From NCBI GenBank assembly GCA_002633005.1, contig NMRA01000758.1, positions 1-64,000 of the forward strand: a stretch of 64,000 nucleotides of DNA, given 5' to 3'. The position numbers and the translations under genes are program-made. Each line of letters opens with the position of its first letter. The first letter of the stretch is position 1. The notes beneath the pieces were generated by a model. The model was not told the DNA's origin and did no database searches. It saw only the letters and a program-made list of their open reading frames with translations. The DNA is from Phoronis australis (taxonomy: Eukaryota; Animalia; Phoronida). Shown piece after piece: positions 53,223 through 64,000 of this stretch.

Positions 53223-53430
53223 ATGCCAACGAAGTATTACTACTGTGCTGTGGTCTGCAATTGCGACATGAGAAAGTTTGATAAACTGCACAAACACCCG
53301 TGGATGCGGGATGTGAAATTCTTTGCTTTCCTGACATCAATGAGAGACACAGAAATGTGCCCGACTTCCAAAACAAGGTCACGCGATTTCATAACTCAGC
53401 GACAAAGGAGAGTTCTACCGCTGTGTAACT
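53223..53430 (+). pseudogene. Degenerate THAP zinc-finger remnant (transposon-derived)
   Basis: MPTKYYYCAVVCNC...KFFAF...RDF...RV resembles a THAP N-terminus; conserved W and final C/H lost. Confidence 0.4.
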
Positions 53431-56380
53431 TGAGAGGGCCCTATTTTCATTATGATGCTTTGGGCAGTTAGGCAGGTAGAATTTAGGCGGACATCAAAAA
53501 TATACTAAATTTTTTAATTGCCCCCAGGTACCGCAGCATACGTCAAATCCGTCCGAAAACGGGAAGGCGTCATCGTCTCTTAAATAGAAACCTATTTGCT
53601 AAATTTCACGATTTCACACAAATCCATCAAGGAACTCCAGAGATACAGAGGCAATCATAAAATAAAAAAACTAAAATTGTCACTAGGGGACAGAGCTGCA
53701 GTGGAATTGGTTCGCAATTCATGATTGTCTGTTGTCAGCTTCATAGAAATATATCAGTCAAATCTCATTAGGATCCTGCAAGGGGTTTATGAGATTCAGC
53801 CGCGGATGCCACAGGCCCGCACAACTGGACCCCCAGACAGAGATGACGACAATATGCACCCACATATAAATATAATATAATTATCAGTTATGCTGAATAA
53901 ATACATTAATGTAAACACCCATCGACTCTAAATAGCTGTCAACAAATAAAATCTATCGCAGCATTTTGATCAATTGTTATTCTATTTCTTCTGCCAATAG
54001 GATTCTCCACTAACTTTTTACGAGGAATTCAATTTGAGAAGCCAGACAAGTTAAAATTACCAGCTTCTGTCCTTGACATTTCAATTCATTGCAGCCAGTT
54101 TTAATTGCTGTGAAGGCATTGATAATACCATAGCTGCCTTGTACAACAGACTAGGAGATCAACTGTCATGACATCCATGCGGACAGCAACACTGATTTTC
54201 CCCATCCTGGTTGATATAGAAAAACAAGATACCACTGAATGGCCAGTTTCTTAATGGCCAATAGCAGACGAATCTGTTTGAAAATCATTGCCAGCCATAC
54301 ACTTAATTCCCAGTAGAAACAAACATGCCAATTTTCATAACAAACCTTTAAGTGCTTAAGACGATACAGAGGCAGGCGTCAAACTTTAAAACATGGACAC
54401 TAGGTAGCACACAATATACCAAATCCATCCAAAACCATGAAATGGGCGTTGCCCCCTTAATAGACCCATTTGCAAATTTCTTGACAATCCTTCAAGGAAC
54501 TCAAAGTAAAATACAACTAAAATGATATTATCTCTCGTGTCGCTTTTTATTGCCCATCTTTCCAGAGATTATTATTTTATCTTTATGTTATTTGTACACT
54601 CATATTTCTGTACCTTATCAGTCATAATAAATGACCTTATATCGCCTATACACGGTCTCCTTTGTATCTCTGGAAACGGAGCTTGCGACGCACCTATTAT
54701 TTTCGGGACATATTCCGAGCATAAATTGTCACTTGGATGCATACAAAGTGAACAAAGAATGGAAAAATAACCATAGCTTTTTTATAAATTTCATACAACA
54801 ACAATAATAGAAACTAAATGTATCACAGCACAGTTAAGTTGTTGGGCATGACTGCAAACATAAATTCTACAATTAAAAACATCATTACACGCATCTGTAG
54901 TTACATGATACTATTCGTGATATTATGCTCTTTGTAAACTGCAGAATCACTTCATTTGGTGGGTTGCAAAAAACAGCTTCTGCGTCGAAAAGCTGCTCAG
55001 AGAAAATTACTTAGAGAAACAGGAAAAAATTAATATCACCTCAGATTCAAAACTGGACTCATTTAAGGTTGCAAACTTTTTCTCAATACCTCCAATTACT
55101 CGTAACAGAGAACACATTAATGTTCACGAAACCAAACTGCGGCACATTTGAAGCCAAACTTTGACATGAGAAGGTGTCACCATGTCCACTTGCCCACAAC
55201 TTGATGGCAGCTGGAAACTTTTGGCTCTCTTTTCTATGGATAATTTCGTTGTGTTTTGTAAGTAAGCCACAATAGACATACAAGTTGATAGGGGTGTTTA
55301 CAACAGATTAAGCCAGTACCAGATTAGGGTGTCAGTAGCTCTCCTGTGGAGCTAGTCAAATGTGTTACTTTCATATTAGGTAAGCACCAAGAGATTAGCA
55401 TTGTTTACAGCCAAATAATGATCAGCACTAAACACTTCAAGCTCTGTCACTGCAAAACCTGTTGACAGTGGCCTGCTGACCCAGAAGCGTGCAGGTCAAA
55501 CACAATACCCCAATGCCACAGCCACACAGATGTCCTGGAGAGTCTTCATTTGAGACTGGCCCATATACAGCAGAGCAGTGTCCAGTAGAGTAACAGCCAG
55601 AGGTCTACATGACAATTCAGATGTCTGGAGATCAGTGACAGTCCTGTAATATTGTGTTTTAACCACAAAGTGGAGACAGGTAAGAAACACAAACCAACGT
55701 CTATCTCATACAGGTCAATTGTTTTTAACAAAATTGTCAAATTTTGCTGCCATTCTTACAGAGCCAGACTGTAACACATAAATGTATGCTCTTGGCATGT
55801 GGTAATAATTCTTCTCCTGCTGAAATGGAATTCTTACAAATAAAACTTGTGGTCATATGCACCCAGCAGCCTTTTATTTAGTTTCCCTAGCTGCAATGCA
55901 GACTGCTTGGAACAGGTTAGCTCTGGTGAAAATCCAGTGACTACGGAAATTATAATCTTGGTTATTGGCAGTGGCACGGTTTGTAACAGCAGTTGATATG
56001 ACAGGAGTAAAAATACTGAAATGTGTACTGCTTGCACAATTTGATAAAGAGTCAAAAGATACACCAGGATTAAAGCACATGCCTATTCCGAACAAAGGTA
56101 TAAGGTGACACCAGACATAATTGAAACCATCTGTGCCACAGAGACCTTCTATTAGCGGGAGAGACAGACATTATCAGTGATCAGCACTCATTAGATCAAG
56201 ATTTTTTCTAAATGGTCATGCTCAATAATTATAGGCACAAGATAAGAATGTGTGTCTATTTTGCAACAGTTATCAATCGCATCAGTTTGTGTTAAATGAA
56301 GCTACTAACACAAACCATCTTATTCAAGAAAGTGATTTGCATTTCATTGTTGAAGGCAGTTTGAGCATTCCGAGCCTTAG

Positions 56381-56590
56381 GATACACAAGGTGCACAAAG
56401 GTCTCCCACCTGACGTTGTTTAACGGGAGTGTGTACATGACTGTACTCCACGTCACTGATGAGTTGCTAAGATATGACCATGTCTGTAGGACGATGATGT
56501 ATCCAAAAAACTCAACTCAACTGACGATAGGGCCATATGGGATGAACAGTGGGACAACACCACCAGCTGGATCACATGGCAGACACACAG
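56381..56590 (+). CDS. Gene D candidate ectodomain/stalk exon (5' boundary uncertain: 56270 or 56381)
   Basis: Open phase-1 frame YTRCTKVSHLTLFNGSVYMTV...CRTMMYPKNSTQ...GTTPPAGSHGRHT ending at G|gtaaat; upstream extension to 56270 contains two stops. Confidence 0.4.
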
Positions 56591-59383
56591 GTAAATAATA
56601 GGTAATCTATGCAGGTTAGGTAATGAGCAATTTTATAATAGAAAGTTAGGATGCCTTGCAGTTATCACATGCATCTAACTGGTATGGACAAGTCAGCAGC
56701 AACAAAAATGAAGTTAATCAAAGTAAAATAAAGGTGTAAGGCTTGTTAAAAGATATAAAACTGCGTTGAATTCAAGTCTAAGGCTCATGTCAACCAATGG
56801 AACAAGGATCAACAGCAACTGTAAATTCTCACCAATTTCGGACAAAACTAATTGCCAAAATTGCTCTTCTTCATTTTTTCAACACAATTGTCGTGATCAG
56901 CCACATTTTTCACAATGAATGTTGGTAACTACAGTGCACAACTTGAACATGGTAGAACATTATTTTAGTGTTTTATTTTTTAGGAAAAAACAACAAAGTA
57001 AAATTTCTATTGTTCGCAATATTGTGAGATTTTACCTACATTGTTACAGGTTTAAACAATTAGACAGTAACAATTTGAAACAAATTGTTAAAACTAATGT
57101 ATTTGCATTCAGAAGTTATCACATCAAATTTTTTGTATGGATTCCTAACAACCATTTATATGAATCCATATGAATGGAGACATAGATGCTGAATAGTTAG
57201 ATGTAATATTTCATGCAAGGTGTATCATCAATCATGACAATTTATACCATTTCTTATGACTGAGCAATGATAAAGATCAAGATGTTTTTCAGGAAAGGTA
57301 ATATGAATAGTGATGAGACCAAATAATAGATCACCTGATATGACTTAACATACAACAAAATGGAGTGTATATGAAATAATCCCAATAAAAAGAGAATGGT
57401 ACAGTTTCAGTCTACTGGTTCTCTGCATCAGTGTTAAATATAACTGTATAATAATACCCATACTCAAGTATCAGCCAATCAAAGCAGCTGCATTAGAATT
57501 GAGTGAACACTTACGAGTTTGGTTGTTCCAATCCCAGGAATAGGTAGGCATTTATTTGAGTGGTTTTGATGTCCTTGTTGGTATGGTAAGTAGAAAAGGA
57601 AGGAATATTATGAGACTGAGTTCATGAGAGGAAATGGCTTGATTCGATTTTCATTTTTAACCAGGTAAACAGAGCAGCTTTAAAAAATGTGGTTAACATA
57701 CTGATTGCAAAAGTATTGTTTTTCTTATTGGTCCTTGGCAAATTCAGCCTCATGAAGTTTGTTCATGGACTTAGTCCACACTATAAATTTGCTTTGTTAC
57801 TAATATTCTGTCAGTTTGGTTGTTGGTTTTCAGACCCCAAAATATGACTGAGGTGGGACTTAGTCATTATATCATTTTTTGAGTCACGACAATACCAACA
57901 TGTTCAAGTTAGGTTCAAAGTGTATGATTATAGTTTACTTCACACTAAGCTGAACATAACTGGGCTCAATAAATTATTTTGTCTTCATTTTCTTTTTCAA
58001 CTTGGCTAACTTAACCTTACCTCATCTCGTTCACCATTAATGGAAGTGAATTCTGGGATATTCCAGGATGTTCCCTTGAATATTTTAATAACAAAAATCT
58101 TAAATGTGTTCGGTATATTCTTACTGGTCTTTTGAGTTTTATCACAAGTGCTTTATTGTTGTGACAACAAACTTATTCCAAAGGTGAGGGACTAACGAGA
58201 GCATGAGAATGCCAGGATGTGAAAAACCACCGTTACTGAAAACATTACACGAGAAATTAAGTACGTAGCGTTTCAGCAGTTAATCAGCACTAGTCAGCGA
58301 GTCTGACTGTTGGCTAGTGTTGTGATGTTTTAAAATCAGATTTATGAACTAAAACTATTGTAATAAGATACTGTGCGTCAGCCCTCTAGGTTCCCAGGCT
58401 AACTCTCAGCTGTTATGCCTTGAGGTGTTAACTGTTTCGTTTTGTTGACGTCATTATACCACTTTATGCTGATTGGTCAAGAAAATGTTGAACGCACGAT
58501 AGGGACATGGATTTGAGGAGGCGTATGAAATACCTTGTCATTAATTAGTGACAAAGTAAAATGAAATACAAAAATAATTTGTTGTTCAAATATATATGTG
58601 TTAAAAATGCATTTTGTCTATTCTGCATTGGGTTGTCTCCGTTTTTGCCAGATATGGATCATTGTAAAAACTCTGGTTGGAATTCCACAGTCAAAAATAA
58701 AAGACTAATGAGAGAGTTGGTCAAAATCTGTGGCCACATTTCCAAAGTTCCATGTTGTAAATGCAAGCGTGAGCTTGTTATGTTGAGCACTCCTTGGGTC
58801 AGTCATCGACCAGTTTTTAGCCAAAACATTGCAGAGACTGCTCGGAATGGGCAAAAGAACTATGGGTTATACTTTCCGAAAGATTTCATGTTTTGTGGTC
58901 ATACACTGGTGCTTGTTAGTGCAAAATAATTGACAAACGTCATTTGGTTATATCAACGTTATCACACGCTGCACATGTCATCGCTCGGCAACCTTGCCGT
59001 TGGTGCAGTAGTAGTGGTGACTTCCAAACAAGAAGTTCCAGGGATCAAATCATACATTACTTCATTAAGTTTTTAAAAGACATTTAGCGGTGGTCAGTAT
59101 AAAGGTATGAGCAGTCAACATGGAGAACTACTGTTTCTGAAATATGAATTAGAAATCACGTTATATAACAAAAGATCCTGAAACAGATAAATAAGACAAC
59201 ATGAAATAGACCACTTATTGCAACTGTTCAGATTTGATTAGTTTAGATTTGATTAATGGCTACAGGTTTGTACAAGCAACATCTACCAAAAAGAAACTTG
59301 CAATTTGATATGTAATTGTTAATTGATATTTCAATAAACAGGTATATAATGCAAATCTTACCAATGAATACATTCTCTTGTAG

Positions 59384-59471
59384 GAGACAATGGCCTGCTC
59401 ACAGGCCTAGTGTTTGGAGGCATCATTGTTGCAAGTATTCTAATCCGGCTGGCCATTTATATGGCAGAAAG
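59384..59471 (+). CDS. Gene D transmembrane exon
   Basis: ctcttgtag/gtaagt, phase 1-2 like the other paralogs; GDNGLLTGLVFGGIIVASILIRLAIYMAER. Confidence 0.7.
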
Positions 59472-60003
59472 GTAAGTAAAACTGTATCCACTGATGTACC
59501 AGTGATGTATTGTAATGCAGTTGATATGCAGTGATATGGCAACAACGTGCTACAATACAGTCTATATCCACTGATATAACAATGATTTCCAATTCAATTT
59601 ATATCCACTGATATACCAACAGTGTGCTACACTACAGATTAAGGTAATTTTTCAGTTTATTTACACAAAATAAATGAGGAAACAACTGTTCATAATTTTT
59701 TCTAAGGCTGAATGCTATGTTACGAATAATGAAAATTATATAAAATAAATATATATTTAGATCTATAAAATTATTAACTTGGACCATCCTGTTTGACAAA
59801 ATTATGAGAGTTGAATGTATTACATATAATTTTGTGACAGTTGCAAAAAATCAATTATGAAATAAGGCAAGCTGACACTTCAATTTCTATGGTAAAACTG
59901 CAGTTATTTTTGGCTTATATAAACCGCGTCGTTCATATTTTCAATATCTTATTTTGAATCTAACCATTTTTGACTCATCAATACAGTGATCAATATGACT
60001 TTA

Positions 60004-61894
60004 CCGTTTTCGCCCTAATAACCACCCATGCCCCTATAAGCGCCCCCCCACCCACGCGTTTTCAGACTTCGCTAATATAAGCACCCAGTCCATTGAACGC
60101 CGTGCACATGCAAAAAAGGCCTTACCTACAGTTCTAAAATTCTACAGTAACATCTTCAATTTATCAATAATATCCGACAGTCATGAAAGAATCATTGTGC
60201 GCAGAATTTGTAGTCCAAGAGCCTGGCCGCTGTGTCAGTACTTGGATGTGATTATACACTTCAAGCTTTGCTGATCTTGCGAGGAATGTGTCCCACTATA
60301 TGGCCTGGCCCGTCAGAACAGATACAGCATACTTGTCAACGGGATTGTATTGTAGGTATTTCCCGCCCTCAAAAGGAATCCAAAAATTTTTTCGTACATG
60401 TGAAAACCGCAAATCGAAAACTAATAAAAAACTTGGCCAGTGTTAAAAGCACGTGGCCAGGAAGCGCACGCTACATACATGAACCTGTCATCAAAGACAT
60501 TAGTCGGGAACTATATATTCATGGAACGGGTAGCATAGCATCGGCAAGAAATGAATATTGGCACTAATTTCCGGCAGTTTCTAATACTATAAAAATGTTT
60601 GCGTTATTTTAGGAGGGATTGTTTGATTAATCATAATTAGTGTTTTTAAGCCAAATATCCGATAAAATGACCACTGACAGTGAATGCTTACACACCCTTA
60701 CACCGAAAAATAACTGTCAGATAGTCACGTATGCATCCAGCTACACGGCAACTAATATGGCCTTACTGAGACAAATGTCGAACGTTTTTAGCACATGAGA
60801 CTGGCAAGTGCTGAATGAAACATGTTCTGCTTTAGGCCTACTGCTTGTGTTAATTTCTTTAGGTACAATGCACATCTAGCTCGTTGGATAAGGATTGTGT
60901 TTAATCTGGCAAATGAACTCTGGTGACACGCAGGCCTTTATCCAGGATTTCGAAAATAGGGTGTTCAAAATGGGGTTCCCAATATTCCATGGCGTGCATA
61001 ATTTCGACGCGTAACCCCCAACCCTAGCAATCCTCCCAAACACACAGATTTTTTTACAAAAAATGCATAGACCAAGCATTTTTACATCTAAGATTACAAA
61101 ACAGCCTTCTGTAGAGAGCATTTTTACTAAAAAAACTGTAGACCAAGACCAAGTGTGAGCACAGCAAATTGTATATACTTTGTATATATATTCTATATTA
61201 ATTCCTGCTTTGAAAAAAACCCACTTAAAAGGTTCTTGTTGACAGTGGGTGTCTAAATGATACATTGGGTGTCCTTGCCAGGGCGTCTAGATTAGTGCTA
61301 GGGCGTCCATTTGGACGCCCAGGACGGACGCTGCATAAAGGCCTGGTGACACGCACTCGCTCGCTTACTCACACACACAGACGAACTTTACAATAAAAGC
61401 CACGTGACAACAACAATGTTTGTTCAGACATTGTTCTCGTGTTGCCGATCACAGATGGCAAGATGTAGCAGATTTGTACTTAACCTGCAGTTAATCCCGA
61501 CTCCACAGAAACTTAAAAATCTTAGGGACGCTATTTGGAAAAGTTGAGAAGGATTTCAGGTGATTTGCCTGAGTCGAAACTGTATTTTTATTCAAGCATT
61601 CAAGTCGCCATATCAACGATTGCGATGCAGTCAGTTGGCGAGTTTTTGCCCTGAGCACAATTTTCTGTAACATGATCTTAATTTAACAGCAAAGTTTGAT
61701 AGCAATGCACCACAATGTTGAAGAAAGTCTGTCATTGGTTACAGACACGTCACAGAGCGTAAGTATGATGAATCTTGGCTTCCGATTTTCACCCATTTCG
61801 GAGACCTTGTTTCAACCGCCCTGGGTTACAATAAGCACTCCCCCCCTGAAACAAATTTTTCTAAGTGCCCAGGGCTGTTGTTAGAGAAATACGG
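60004..61894. mobile_element. Pogo/Tc1-like non-autonomous element (copy 2 of 5461-6850)
   Basis: TA flanks, diverged TIRs, long internal colinear similarity with copy 1. Confidence 0.85.
60931..61345. mobile_element. hAT-type MITE nested in copy 2
   Basis: TIR CAGGCCTTTAT...ATAAAGGCCTG; 8-bp TSD GTGACACG; empty site present in copy 1 (~6299-6306). Confidence 0.9.
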
Positions 61895-63162
61895 TAAGTG
61901 TTGTTTCAAGACAACTATGCAGTATCGACTATTTTATTGTAGACCCTTGACAAATTCAGGCTCAATTTTCCGATTACTTATCCCCTTTGCAACAGTGGAC
62001 ATGCCTGAACATCTTCACCTAGTTTGGATTGCAATATCAGTAGTCATATGTGTGATCCCTTGTTGTAGACCTTAGAGGCTGTTGACGCAAAAGGCAAAAT
62101 TAACAGGATTAGCCAGCAGATGATGAAAGTTTCAAATACTTGATTCTCCTGTCTTGCGGAACGACGTCAATCAATTTCTCATTAGTAAAATTGCCAAATT
62201 ACTTCACTCAGCTCACCTCTAAACCAGAGTATATTGTAGCTGTTATTCATATCAGCAATACCACAATATACTTGTGTTGACGTTTCATATGAGAGACTAC
62301 TTGTGCGATTATTTGTATGGCTATGTGTGTATACGTATACATATTAAGTGTGTATAACTATGGCATGATTGTATTGTATTGTTTCTATAACAACTCATCT
62401 AGGCAATGTTAATAACGAATTGCCCAGATAAAATGTTAATTTTGATTTATGGGATGTAATGTTATCTAATCTATTTACTTAATACTCATGAATAAAAAAG
62501 TAGAGGAACTTGAGAAACTCAAATCGCAGCTTAGCCTGTGCTAAATAATGTGAGACTTTCAAATAGCAACTTGGCAACAGGTCACCTGGGACCGGATACC
62601 GATGGCCTCTAGAGGATGAGGAGGTACTTTAGAACGCATCACGTCTAAGCATATACATTGTGAATGGGCCTTTTCACAAAGTCGCAGTGGTCCCCTATGC
62701 CACCCGCTGCAAACACATGGTAACTCCTGGTACAACTAGGTGGCGCTATGAGTCACCGGTCCTACGTGATCAGCCCCAATTGCTTTCTGAAAGTCTCCCA
62801 TTGCTGCAGTTAGATAAAGGTTATCACTTTCCAGGGCCCCAAGACCATCAACAACCATTCTTTACTCGAGACTATACTAAAAATTGACTAATCGTATAGC
62901 ATGCTTGAAATGAAGTTTCATATTTCACAGTATGCGATTGGCCAACTTTGTAGTCGAGTCTTCAGAAAAGATGGATGGTCTTGGGCCCATATCACAGTTG
63001 TCCAGGATGGAATATTTACTAAAGCTCCATTCTGGGTAGGCTCTACAAAAAAGAAATGATTCTTTATTCAAACACAGGAAAACTGGTTTACCGTAAATAA
63101 CATGACCAACAACACTCTACGCCTCATTCATCCTGTGACAAAATGTTACATTTTAATTACAG

Positions 63163-63838
63163 GCTGTACAAAAAATACAAGCTGTATGAACCCATCAAAG
63201 CTGACAATGACAAAATGGCATGTAAAACCAGTGATGTGGGATACATTAACCCACTTATGGTCGCTGAATGTGAAGATGTCACCAACAACAGGATTACTAT
63301 AGTCCCAACTGAAGAAACAAATATAACAGAAATCAATGTCAGTGAAAACAATATATCAGCTCTGGACTATGTAAGTTGTAGCCACGACCACCAGAGGGCA
63401 GCACACATTCAGGAGATCAAATCAACACATGAGGAAGAAGAGTGCTTCCAACCTGTTGGCTTCACAACGGGAGGTGTCAAACTTACACACTCCAAGACAT
63501 CCAGTGGCAAGAATAGCCATGACTGCGGCCAAACTGTGCAAGTAAACACTGAGTGCTGTGAAAACTCAGATTTATCAAAATTCACCCATTCTGAATGTAC
63601 CGCGAGTATTCCACAGGACCAAAGTGAGCACGATTGCAAGATCAGTAACAAAGGGACATTTAATCACTTGGTTCACAGGTACTCAAAGAACATTGAGGTC
63701 CCGCTTTGTATTATAACTGATGGTTTCCATGGTGACATATTAGGTCACAAGACTCCTGCAGATAGAGTAGGAAGACACTCCAAGTGGCCACCTTATGCCT
63801 TCGATGGTGTTACAGTCAGTTGTAAAGCTGAAATATGA
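63163..63838 (+). CDS. Gene D terminal exon: cytoplasmic tail (Cys/His-rich; LYEPI, GYINPL, LDYV)
   Basis: ttacag acceptor in phase 2 joins the TM exon in frame to ORF 63143-63838; RLYKKYK basic juxtamembrane segment. Confidence 0.75.
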
Positions 63839-64000
63839 AGAGACTTCATGAAAAAGTAACTCACAACTGGTCATATGGTTTTGTTTGTGAAGACAGATGT
63901 GACTGGATTGTGGTTTCTTCATTTGTGCACAATGGCAAACCGATGAAATCTTATTTTGTTTAATTGCTTAGCAAAAATCTTAAGAAACAGTGGTAGGTCT

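Noticed and set aside
54000-54360. Possible LINE RT remnant on - strand
   Set aside because: Too degenerate to support by eye
55600-55679. Possible gene D signal exon ending ...ILCFNHKVET G|gtaag
   Set aside because: No in-frame ATG; could be UTR or frameshifted, so not supportable as CDS

Overview
AT-rich, intron-containing animal (probably invertebrate) genomic DNA, not prokaryotic. Most ORF-track entries are noise. Splicing by eye at GT-AG sites reconstructs a head-to-tail + strand cluster of single-pass type I receptor genes with one exon plan: signal exon | 8-10 Cys SUEL/rhamnose-binding-lectin-like (Gal_Lectin) exon | Ser/Thr/Pro stalk exon(s) | TM exon | one long tyrosine-motif cytoplasmic exon. 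Introns are phase 1 up to the TM exon and phase 2 after it. Gene A spans 3148-9547 (5' exon not found), gene B 27227-46320 (509 aa) and gene C 47922-52253 (387 aa). Gene D (~56.3-63.8 kb) has an intact TM and tail but no recognisable lectin exon and carries an Arg in its TM. A probable pseudogene tail with an ITAM-like motif lies at ~25.5 kb. The lectin domains share the Cys scaffold but differ at the canonical sugar-binding motifs, suggesting a diversified recognition/immune receptor family (inference). Introns and spacers are filled with non-autonomous DNA transposons (pogo/Tc1-like, hAT, Kolobok, a 7-bp-TSD element, HINE-like) and tandem repeats.
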